Assembly: GCA_963714085.1 (NCBI GenBank)
Contig: OY970229.1
Location: forward strand, 512,001-576,000
From: an uncultured Candidatus Micrarchaeota archaeon
GTDB taxonomy: Archaea > Micrarchaeota > Micrarchaeia > Anstonellales > Bilamarchaeaceae
DNA length: 64,000 nt
Reading direction: 5' to 3'
Both the position numbers and the translations under genes were made by a program. Under the pieces are notes generated by a model, which made no database searches, was not told where the DNA came from, and worked only from the letters and a program-made list of their open reading frames with translations. Position 1 is the stretch's first letter. Each line of letters begins with the position of its first letter. This document shows positions 56,360 to 64,000 of this stretch, piece after piece.

Positions 56360-57484
56360 TTAATCCCTTTTGCCGCCCTCGCCATGGACACCCCCCTTTT
56401 CCAGATATTCCAAGGTCTCGTCCACCCCTTCCACGAGCTTCTCGAATATCTCCGCGGCGTCGAACGCTGTGATTCGCCCCTTGACCTTCTCCGCCAGCTG
56501 CCTGAGGGCCAGGTCGCGTACCGAGAGCTGGTCGCTCCTCTCGTCCCTTATGCGCTCCAGCCGCTCTTTCAGGCTTTTGGCCTCCAGGCCGCTGTCCACG
56601 AACACCCGCTCATATTCCGGAAACCGCAGGTCGATCTGGCCTGCGCCCTCCTTCAGGGTCCCTGCCACTTTGATGCAGATTATCGCGTCGGGGTCCTTTT
56701 TCATCAGCTCCTCTATCCTGCTTTTAACCGCTTCCCTGGCTTCGGCCACGGATGCGTCCCTGAGCAGGACGTCCTCACAGAAGAACGGCCTGCTCATTAT
56801 GGGCATGAAATCGGCCTTCCTGGTGGCGGTGTCGAAGAGGAAGAACCCTTTGCCTGCCATCTCCTCCTTCTTCAGCTGGGTGATGACCGTTGAACCTGGG
56901 ATGAGGAACCTGCCCTTAAGCATGATCTCCTTACCGTGGAGATGCCCGTTCACGATCAGGTCGAAGGGCAATGTCTCCAGATAATCCAGGGACAGCTCGT
57001 TCTTCCCGTGCGGCATGAGCTCGCGTATGGACTGGTGTATGAGCAGGATGCGGAACGCGCCGTCCTGCGGGCTGAAGCGCTCCATGACCTTTTTCACGGC
57101 TTCCTCCGCGTACTCGTCCGGGACGTTGCCTATGCCGAGGATCTGCAGCTTTTCGCCTTTGGCCTCGAACATCCTGCTTTCCGCGTGCAGATATTCCATG
57201 ACGCCGGAGGTGCTGAGCAGGCGGGCCGGGTTGACGAGCTCCTTGGCCCTGCGCTCGTGGTTCCCGTGTATGGCGAAGACCGGGATCTTCACCTTCCTCA
57301 GTATCGTTATGGCCCGATCCAAGGTCTCCAGCTTCGGGATCTTCGTGTCGAACACGTCGCCCGCGAAGAGGATCGCGTCCGCTTTCTCCGATGCAGCGAG
57401 GAACGCGCGCTCCGCCTGGACGAATGCGTCCTCCTCGAAACGGGCGTAGCCCAGATGCGTGTCGGAGATGATTGCTATCCTCAT
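56360..57484 (-). CDS. mre11: Mre11/SbcD-family DNA repair nuclease
   Basis: SDTHLG, AGDVFD, HGNHE, HQ, NGHLH, PGS. Confidence 0.88.
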   Translation of the reverse strand: MRIAIISDTHLGYARFEEDAFVQAERAFLAASEKADAILFAGDVFDTKIPKLETLDRAITILRKVKIPVFAIHGNHERRAKELVNPARLLSTSGVMEYLHAESRMFEAKGEKLQILGIGNVPDEYAEEAVKKVMERFSPQDGAFRILLIHQSIRELMPHGKNELSLDYLETLPFDLIVNGHLHGKEIMLKGRFLIPGSTVITQLKKEEMAGKGFFLFDTATRKADFMPIMSRPFFCEDVLLRDASVAEAREAVKSRIEELMKKDPDAIICIKVAGTLKEGAGQIDLRFPEYERVFVDSGLEAKSLKERLERIRDERSDQLSVRDLALRQLAEKVKGRITAFDAAEIFEKLVEGVDETLEYLEKGGVHGEGGKRD

Positions 57485-57537
57485 GATATGATTGAGGCGG
57501 AGGATTGTTTAAAAAACGGAATGTTCAAAAGAATTCC

Positions 57538-57612
57538 ATGGTAGAAGAGCTGCTGTTCTCGACGCTGCTAATCACAGTGGTTCTCATAATAACGTACTTC
57601 GTCACGAGATGA
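57538..57612 (+). CDS. Candidate 24-aa single-TM small protein
   Basis: MVEELLFSTLLITVVLIITYFVTR; TTTAAAAA about 25 nt upstream. Confidence 0.4.
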   Translation: MVEELLFSTLLITVVLIITYFVTR

Positions 57613-57707
57613 CATGGCACGGGTAAAACCAAGTCCATGCCCCTTAGAGAACTGGCAGAAAACAACGAAAAACTTATAATGAGGATATAGGAGTATAAAC
57701 ACAGTAC

Positions 57708-57812
57708 GGGCCCGTAGCTCAGTCAGGTTGGAGCGTTCGAGCTAAAGCGACGAAACTGATAACCAGACTGTTGGACATCGAAAGGTCCGGAGTTCAAATC
57801 TCCGCGGGCCCA
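57708..57812 (+). tRNA. tRNA-Ile(GAT) with two 15-nt introns (30/31 at 57740-57754; 37/38 at 57762-57776)
   Basis: GGGCCCG/CGGGCCC acceptor stem; removing both inserts gives TTCGA-CTGATAA-TCGAA and a 75-nt tRNA. Confidence 0.88.
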
Positions 57813-57872
57813 TATTCATTTTCTTAGTTTTGCGAAGAGGTTCAGAAAAAAGAAAGATAGGGTTCGGACACC

Positions 57873-58292
57873 CTAACCTTTGATCACTTCCATCATCTTT
57901 TCTTCGAGGTCGAAGTCGCCAATCTCCATCATGTCCTTCTTCATCTTCATCCACTTGTCGAAGGAGTCCATAACCTCGTCGGCTAGCTTGTCCATCTTCT
58001 TGCCGTACTTCTTCTCCAGTTTGGCTTTCAGGCGCTCAACGAGCATCTTCTTGAAGGCCTTTTTGAGCAGATGCATCCTGTCCCCTTCCTCGACCTCGCC
58101 GCCATGGCATGCGCACTGGCAGCTCTCGCTGCTGTGGCATTCGCATTGGCAGCCCTGGTCGCATTCGCAGCTCTGGTCGCCATGGCATGAACACTGGCAA
58201 CTCTCGCCGCAGCAGTGCCCGCAGGCTCCCGCGCCTTGGCCGGCTTCGCACTGGCCGCATCCAGATTCCGAACATCCGCAACTACTCGTCAT
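57873..58292 (-). CDS. Metallothionein-like Cys/His-rich domain fused to a charged helical domain
   Basis: 18 Cys in the first about 65 aa, three CQCxCH units; GGAGGT RBS. Confidence 0.8.
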   Translation of the reverse strand: MTSSCGCSESGCGQCEAGQGAGACGHCCGESCQCSCHGDQSCECDQGCQCECHSSESCQCACHGGEVEEGDRMHLLKKAFKKMLVERLKAKLEKKYGKKMDKLADEVMDSFDKWMKMKKDMMEIGDFDLEEKMMEVIKG

Positions 58293-58381
58293 ATATACCA
58301 ACCTCCAAAATTAGCCCCCCTATTGGCTAAGTGTAATATGAGCACTTGATGTTTAATAGCCTTTCGAAAGGCGGGACAATA

Positions 58382-59749
58382 TTATATCTTCATTGTCTTC
58401 CCCTTCTTCACGTCCAGATGCTTGGGGAACAGGTTGGCCGCCTGGGTGTGCACCGGGATCAGGCTCTTGGCGCTGATGCCGTCTATCATGGCGAATATCT
58501 CCTCCTTGGAGGCATGACCCGAGGCGTGGAGCTGGTGGTGCTCCATCGAGAAACGGTCGAGCCAGTTATGCAGGACATCGTCCTGGAGCTGGGAGCTGGG
58601 GTCCTCCTCGAACGGCTCGCTCATGGAGTGGATGCACCTCCCTCCGGGTTCAGGCTCGACGTCTATGAGCTCCTGGAGCTGGGAGAAATCCAGCTCCCAG
58701 ATCACGTTTTTCTGGTTCTTCTTGACCCATTCGCAATCAACGCACTTGTCCAGCAGGAGCTTCTCCCATGCCTTGTACTGCTTCATCTCCCGCGCATACA
58801 CCTCGATAGCGCTGTCTTTCATCGGGTCCGGCAGGTCCAAGACCCGGTCATCTTTCAGGCTCATCAGGAGATTGGCGGTCTTTAGGCTTATCACCAGGGT
58901 TTTCCCGGTCTCCTTTGCTATCTTGTAGAACGACCGGAACCTGTCCAGGTCCTTGGGGTATCGCATCGCCACCACGAGCTTGTCCGTGCCCTGGCAGATC
59001 TTCAGGCTTTCGGAATACACGAACGGCTCGGTATGGTTCTTCCTCTTCTCCGATGTGTTGACCCTCGTGCCTTCGATTATCAATGCCCTGGGATCGCCCT
59101 TCGCTGCTTCCTTTATGAACTCCTCGGTCATCTCCGGCTTGTTGCCGTGCTTCCGCAAATCGCCCGAGTAGACTATCGTGCCCTCGCTGGTTTCCACCAC
59201 GAATCCGTAGGCGCCGGGAACTGAATGATCCACGTGGATGGGCGTGATCTCCAGATTGTCGAATTTGAGTTTCCTTCCGGTCCTGAACGTCCGGACCGTG
59301 TTCGGCTCATGGACCGTCCCGTCCCTCTCTTTCCATTCCTCATCGCTGAAGAAGAAGGCGTTCGTCGTCGTCTGGGTCGAGTCGAGTATCGTCTTGCACG
59401 TCTCGCCCATGTAGATGGGGATTGCCGGGTCCAGGTACTCGAGATGCGCAGTATGGTCGAAATGCGGGTGCGAGATGACGATCGCGTCGAACTCGGCTTC
59501 CGAATATGGGAGATCGGTGTGCTCCAGCGCTTTCCTGTTGTATAATCCCTCCGTCTTCGACATCAGACCCAGGGCGAAGTAATCCTTGAGGCCGAACCTG
59601 TCCCTGGGACTGAGCCAGTCAACGAAGAAGTCGTCCAGGAGGCTGAAGGACTGGCCGAAATCCAGGAATATCCTCGTCTTCTTGTCCTCTATGAGTATCT
59701 TGTTCCCGCCTATCTCGTCCACGCCGCCGTAACAGGTTATGGAGACCAT
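58382..59749 (-). CDS. Metallo-beta-lactamase/beta-CASP RNase J-like hydrolase
   Basis: GGVDEIGGN, SHPHFDH, VDHSVPGA, YSGDLR, EGT, HASGH, PVH. Confidence 0.9.
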   Translation of the reverse strand: MVSITCYGGVDEIGGNKILIEDKKTRIFLDFGQSFSLLDDFFVDWLSPRDRFGLKDYFALGLMSKTEGLYNRKALEHTDLPYSEAEFDAIVISHPHFDHTAHLEYLDPAIPIYMGETCKTILDSTQTTTNAFFFSDEEWKERDGTVHEPNTVRTFRTGRKLKFDNLEITPIHVDHSVPGAYGFVVETSEGTIVYSGDLRKHGNKPEMTEEFIKEAAKGDPRALIIEGTRVNTSEKRKNHTEPFVYSESLKICQGTDKLVVAMRYPKDLDRFRSFYKIAKETGKTLVISLKTANLLMSLKDDRVLDLPDPMKDSAIEVYAREMKQYKAWEKLLLDKCVDCEWVKKNQKNVIWELDFSQLQELIDVEPEPGGRCIHSMSEPFEEDPSSQLQDDVLHNWLDRFSMEHHQLHASGHASKEEIFAMIDGISAKSLIPVHTQAANLFPKHLDVKKGKTMKI

Positions 59750-60418
59750 TCATACCACTTTGAGCAGATCCTCGAACTTCCCTATCTCGTAGTCGGCTTT
59801 CACGTCGTCCCTGAAATGCTGCCCGTACTTGGCCAGGCACGTCTTCATCCCGATTGCTTTGGCTCCCTTGATGTCCTTGGCCGGGTTGTCGCCCACGAAC
59901 AGGATCGCTTCGGGCAGGATTCCGAGCTTCTTCAGAGCCAGGGTGAACGGCGACGGGTGGGGCTTGTACTCCTGGGTATCGGAATAGGTTATCACGAAAT
60001 CGAATTCGTTCTCCAGGTTCGTGAGCACGAGCCTCTGCCACGCCTTGTTCCTCGGCGCATCCGAGATTATGCCGAGTTTGAGCCCTTTCTCCCTGAGCTT
60101 CCGGAGCGTGGGCTTGACCATTGGGTAGGAACGTAGGACCTCGTACTTCCTCTGCTGGTATGCGATGATCCCAGCCTGCTGTATCTTCTCGGCGAGGTTT
60201 ATCTCAAGATTGTATTGTTTGATGACCTCGTAGAACGTCTTCTGGTACTCGATGCCCTTTTCATCGTAGACTGAGAATATCTTGCCGTAGACCTCAATCT
60301 CGGTGGCGGGCAGGCCCTGTCTTATCATGGCCTTGGCCGCTGCTTTAGCGGTCTCCTTCTTGAACGTGAGGAAATCCAGCAGAGTGTTGTCCAGATCGAA
60401 CAGAATGGCCTTGAACAT
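59750..60418 (-). CDS. HAD-superfamily hydrolase (subfamily IA)
   Basis: FDLDNTL, ISD, KPHP, VGDNPAKDI.GA. Confidence 0.92.
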   Translation of the reverse strand: MFKAILFDLDNTLLDFLTFKKETAKAAAKAMIRQGLPATEIEVYGKIFSVYDEKGIEYQKTFYEVIKQYNLEINLAEKIQQAGIIAYQQRKYEVLRSYPMVKPTLRKLREKGLKLGIISDAPRNKAWQRLVLTNLENEFDFVITYSDTQEYKPHPSPFTLALKKLGILPEAILFVGDNPAKDIKGAKAIGMKTCLAKYGQHFRDDVKADYEIGKFEDLLKVV

Positions 60419-60472
60419 GACGCCCCCAGCTGATAACCTACCCAATAATTAAATGCTTAACAGTCAAGCGTT

Positions 60473-62086
60473 TCAAAACTGGTGCTCCAGGGACTCGAGG
60501 ATATACCCTCTCGCGGCTTCAAGTTCCCTGTTCGTGCTCGGGTTTTTCGTGCCCCTGAGCGGTTCGATCTTTTCCAGCAGCGCCTGCCTCGCATCAATCG
60601 GAAACACGACGCTCTGAGGGGCCGCGGCATAGGAGAAAGCCAGCCCGCACAGGGCCTTGCAGTAGTAGCCGCGATCCGGACCCGTTTCCTTCAGCACCTC
60701 ATCCAGGATGCCGAAGGCTTCGTTCGCCCGACCGCAATAGGTCATGGCATAGGCTTTTGTTATCCTGGTTCGCTGGACATATTCGCGCTCAAGACCGGGC
60801 CTGCCCAACAACGAATCGGCCATTGTGATGGCCAGGCTGTATCTTTTCATTTTCCTTAAAACAGCTATTTTCCAGAGCATGAGCGGGGGCATTTCCTGCA
60901 CCTGGGCAGGCAATTCCGAGATGAAGTACAGGATTGTATGGTACCTTTTGATTGCATAAACGCCGTTGAAAAGCTTGTCGTAGAGGGCCTCGCAGGAAGA
61001 GAGCTGCTCGTGCGCCTGCAGCACCACCTCTTTGGCTTCAACGTACTTGTCGTGCGCAAGGTACGCGGAGACCATGACGCAGAATATCCCTTCGTCCGCC
61101 CTATGGTTTTTCAATGCGACATTGAAGACCTGCCTTGCTGCATATGTGTCGCCCACAGTCAGGTATGCATCCATCATCAGGACGTATACCGGCTCATCAA
61201 CGAGGTTTTTCGCAGCCTCGGCTTCAAAAACCCTCCTCGCGGGTTCCACTTCCCCCCTTGCCAGGTAATAGGCTATCCGGCCGTTGCAGTTGCGTGCTTC
61301 TTCGCTACTTTCGCCCAGCACCCGCTGGACAATGCTGACGCCAGCCCCGGGCTGTCCTTCCAATTCTTCCAATTCCCGCTGAAGCCGTTCCGAGCCGAGC
61401 CCCTTTCTAGCCGCCGTATGCAGTACACCCAGTGCCGCGTTTCTCGCACCCTTCCTTTTGCAGAATTCCGCGATTTTCAGGCACATGGCCTCGTTCGCAT
61501 GGCCGGCGTCCAGGGCCCGCGAAAAAAGCTGTCTGGCCCCGCCAAAATCATTGATTCGCATGTGCAGCGCTATGACAAGACCGTAGGTGTGGCAGTCGGC
61601 CGCCCCTTCACGTTCCGCTTCTAGAAGCAGGGAATTCGCCCTGACATAATTTCCGCATTGCACTGAAACGTAGATCATGGCATTGTAAACGAGATTACGG
61701 GGGACTTCGCTTTCCAGCGCCCTTGCGAACGCGCATTCTGCGGAGGCCGGGTCCTTTTCGGCGTATGCCAGGAACAGCGTCGTGCACCCTTCCTGGGCCA
61801 GAACCCTGTTTTCCGACGCGAACGAGAATACGTCCTCCGCCCTTTCCATCTGCCCTGTTTCACAGTAAGCCCGGATCCTCAGGCTGGTGGCTTTTTTTAT
61901 GTCCGGATGGCCGAGGGGGACATTCCTCAGGAGGCCCAGGGCCTCGTATTGCCTTTTAGCATCGATGAGGGCCTCCGCGTCCTCCACCATGCTTTTGGCG
62001 GGCGCGGGTTTGGCCCTCCTCAGGGTGCGCTGGGGGAACCTGCCCTTGTCCGAAGCCTGAATCATGGTTCTTGAAACCGGTTGCAA
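60473..62086 (-). CDS. Helical-repeat protein with pentatricopeptide (PPR)-like repeats
   Basis: About 34-aa units such as VYNAMIYVSVQCGNYVRANSLL, TYGLVIALH...DFGGARQLF and VYVLMMDAYL..GD...ARQVF. Confidence 0.7.
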   Translation of the reverse strand: MQPVSRTMIQASDKGRFPQRTLRRAKPAPAKSMVEDAEALIDAKRQYEALGLLRNVPLGHPDIKKATSLRIRAYCETGQMERAEDVFSFASENRVLAQEGCTTLFLAYAEKDPASAECAFARALESEVPRNLVYNAMIYVSVQCGNYVRANSLLLEAEREGAADCHTYGLVIALHMRINDFGGARQLFSRALDAGHANEAMCLKIAEFCKRKGARNAALGVLHTAARKGLGSERLQRELEELEGQPGAGVSIVQRVLGESSEEARNCNGRIAYYLARGEVEPARRVFEAEAAKNLVDEPVYVLMMDAYLTVGDTYAARQVFNVALKNHRADEGIFCVMVSAYLAHDKYVEAKEVVLQAHEQLSSCEALYDKLFNGVYAIKRYHTILYFISELPAQVQEMPPLMLWKIAVLRKMKRYSLAITMADSLLGRPGLEREYVQRTRITKAYAMTYCGRANEAFGILDEVLKETGPDRGYYCKALCGLAFSYAAAPQSVVFPIDARQALLEKIEPLRGTKNPSTNRELEAARGYILESLEHQF

Positions 62087-62235
62087 ACATTACACCTTTA
62101 GCATATTATTAACACACAATAATTTAAAATATCGCTTGTTGGAGCGGAACGGACCGTGCGATATGCCGATTGCGGCTTCCTGCGAGTCGCATAGTTTAAA
62201 AATTATAGCCGCCAAATCGGATTCTGCAATTGTCT

Positions 62236-62310
62236 GCCCTGATAGTGTAGTGGTTAGCATACAAGACTGTCACTCTTGCGACTCGGGTTCGAATCCCGAT
62301 CAGGGCGCCA
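62236..62310 (+). tRNA. tRNA-Asp(GTC), CCA encoded
   Basis: GCCCTGA/TCAGGGC acceptor stem, CAAGA-CTGTCAC-TCTTG anticodon arm, TTCGAAT. Confidence 0.96.
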
Positions 62311-62418
62311 ATTTTTCTCACGTCGGAGAGGGGGGTTCTGATTCGCATTTCACGAGATAGCGCTTCCGACAACTCCTATTAAAAACCTATTCTGCTATAA
62401 AAAGAAACAGGTGGGACA

Positions 62419-63498
62419 ATGGTCGATTTTTCAGTCCTGAGCAAGGACCCAGTGCTTTCAAGAAGTGTCTTCGGGAATACGCTGTTCCAGTACATGGAAA
62501 TGTTCGCAATACTGCTTGCGACCCTGGTGGTAGCCAAGGTGCTTTATTACTTGGTGAAACGCTACGTCCAGGGGCTCGCGGCCAAGAACGGAAGCAGCCC
62601 GGACGAGCTGCTCATCAAGGCACTGGAGACACCGTTCGTATTATTCGTGCTCATCATAGGATTGAACCTGTCCGTGGCTCCGCTGACTCTTCCAACTGAC
62701 ATCGCGGGCATGTTCTCCAACCTGATAAAGGTCCTCCTCATACTCAACGCCGCCGCTGTGGTGGCCGCGGTCGTGGATGTCCTTTTCGACGAGTTCCTCA
62801 TGCCGTACGCCAAGAAGAGCGCGTCCAAGCTAGACGAGCAGCTCCTGCCGGTGCTCAAGAACTGCGCGCGTGCGATCGTCTTCGCGCTCACCGTGCTCAC
62901 AATAGTGTCGAATTTCGGCTACGACGTCAGCGCTGTGCTCGTGGGCCTGGTGATCGCCGGGATAGCCATCGGCATCGCGGCCCAGGACTCGCTCAGCAAC
63001 GTCATCGGCTCGGCTGCCTTGTTCACCGACCGGCCCTTCGAGATGGAGGATCTGGTGCAGGTGGACGGGGTTACCGGGAAGGTCGAGGATATCGGCATCC
63101 GCAGCACGCGCATACGCACCGTGGACGGCACTTTGGTATCCATACCGAACGCGACCGTGGCCAGGGCGTCGGTGGAGAACTACACCAAGTCAGCGAAAAG
63201 GAGGGTGCAGCTGAAGCTCGGCCTTGAGTACAACACCACGGGCAAGAAGATATCCAAGGCCAAGGACATCGTCAGGGACATCCTCAGGAACACCAGGGGA
63301 GTGGATCCTGACGACGTCGCGGTGCATTTCATAGACTTCGCCGATTCCCAGCTCCAGCTCATGCTCACATATCATATAGTGGAGACGTCCAGGATGTTCG
63401 ATGTCCAGGACGAGGTGAACTCGCGCATAAAGGACGAGTTCGAGAAGGCCCGCATAGAGTTCGCGCTCCCGAGCAGGGCGGTCTACGTTAAGGACTAG
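62419..63498 (+). CDS. mscS: Small-conductance mechanosensitive channel
   Basis: GIAAQD.LSN, DRPF, G.VEDIGIRSTRIRT.DG..V.IPN. Confidence 0.92.
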   Translation: MVDFSVLSKDPVLSRSVFGNTLFQYMEMFAILLATLVVAKVLYYLVKRYVQGLAAKNGSSPDELLIKALETPFVLFVLIIGLNLSVAPLTLPTDIAGMFSNLIKVLLILNAAAVVAAVVDVLFDEFLMPYAKKSASKLDEQLLPVLKNCARAIVFALTVLTIVSNFGYDVSAVLVGLVIAGIAIGIAAQDSLSNVIGSAALFTDRPFEMEDLVQVDGVTGKVEDIGIRSTRIRTVDGTLVSIPNATVARASVENYTKSAKRRVQLKLGLEYNTTGKKISKAKDIVRDILRNTRGVDPDDVAVHFIDFADSQLQLMLTYHIVETSRMFDVQDEVNSRIKDEFEKARIEFALPSRAVYVKD

Positions 63499-63555
63499 CT
63501 CGATGACCCCAACCTTTTTAATCTCCTTTCACTCAAATAGTATAAACGTATTCTC

Positions 63556-64000
63556 ATGGCAGGAGCAGGAAGGGCGCTCATCAGCGTCTATGAAAAGAGG
63601 AACGTCGCCGAGTTCGCACTCTCGCTCTCCGCGCTGGGTTTCGAGATAATCTCGAGCGGAGGGACCGCCAGGCTCCTTGCCAGCTCTGGAGTGAAGGTCA
63701 CCGAGGTTTCTGATTACACCGGCTCGCCCGAGATGATGGAGGGACGGGTCAAGACGCTCCACCCGAAGATACATGGGGGGATCCTGGCTGACAGGAGCAA
63801 GAAGGAGCATCTTGAGGCGGCCAAAAAAGAGGGAATCGGACTCATCGATATCGTAATCGTCAACTTATACCCATTCGAGGAGACCATCCAGAAGTCCGGG
63901 GACGACCTGGAGAAGGTCATAGAGAATATAGACATAGGCGGGCCTGCCCTGGTACGCTCGGCTGCGAAGAACTACCAGTCCGTGGCTGTGATAGTGAACC
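63556..64000 (+). CDS. purH: PurH (IMP cyclohydrolase domain), 5' part, truncated by the window edge
   Basis: [65 protein letters not shown]. Confidence 0.95.
   Translation, partial: MAGAGRALISVYEKRNVAEFALSLSALGFEIISSGGTARLLASSGVKVTEVSDYTGSPEMMEGRVKTLHPKIHGGILADRSKKEHLEAAKKEGIGLIDIVIVNLYPFEETIQKSGDDLEKVIENIDIGGPALVRSAAKNYQSVAVIVN

Noticed and set aside
56360..57484. mre11-rad50-herA-nurA operon or an SbcCD-like defence system
   Set aside because: No partner genes are adjacent; mre11 is flanked by tRNAs, and dispersed gene order is common in this window
1..64000. CRISPR array, cas genes, rRNA, integrase
   Set aside because: No regularly spaced repeats or recognisable motifs were seen on reading the window

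Overview
Archaeal chromosome segment, probably DPANN/Micrarchaeota-like. This assignment is inferred from the archaeal thermosome, SRP54, FEN1, MBF1, class I LysRS, archaeal ThrRS, eL40, mostly leaderless TATA-preceded genes, tRNA introns at non-canonical positions and many orphan ORFs. The window holds about 60 CDSs, seven tRNAs (Leu-CAG, Phe-GAA, Val-TAC, Arg-CCG, Leu-TAG, Ile-GAT, Asp-GTC) and a very short RNase P RNA. The main observation is that uppS (cis-prenyltransferase) is split inside its catalytic DGNRRW motif by a 41-nt insert. The insert folds into a relaxed bulge-helix-bulge structure, and its predicted cut sites restore the motif and frame exactly, so it is a candidate tRNA-type intron in an mRNA. 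The same window has a two-intron tRNA-Ile and a tRNA-Arg with a T-loop intron. Other notable items: a HypC-HydE-like fusion coupled to hydG; an internally deleted IS200/IS605 (tnpB) remnant that keeps its ends and omega-RNA-like region; a glutamine synthetase homologue lacking most catalytic residues; a membrane-anchored double AAA+ ATPase; PPR-like and PSI-repeat proteins; a metallothionein-like protein; and a divergent uS12. No CRISPR array, rRNA or integrase was seen. All family calls come from motif recognition by eye, with no database searches.
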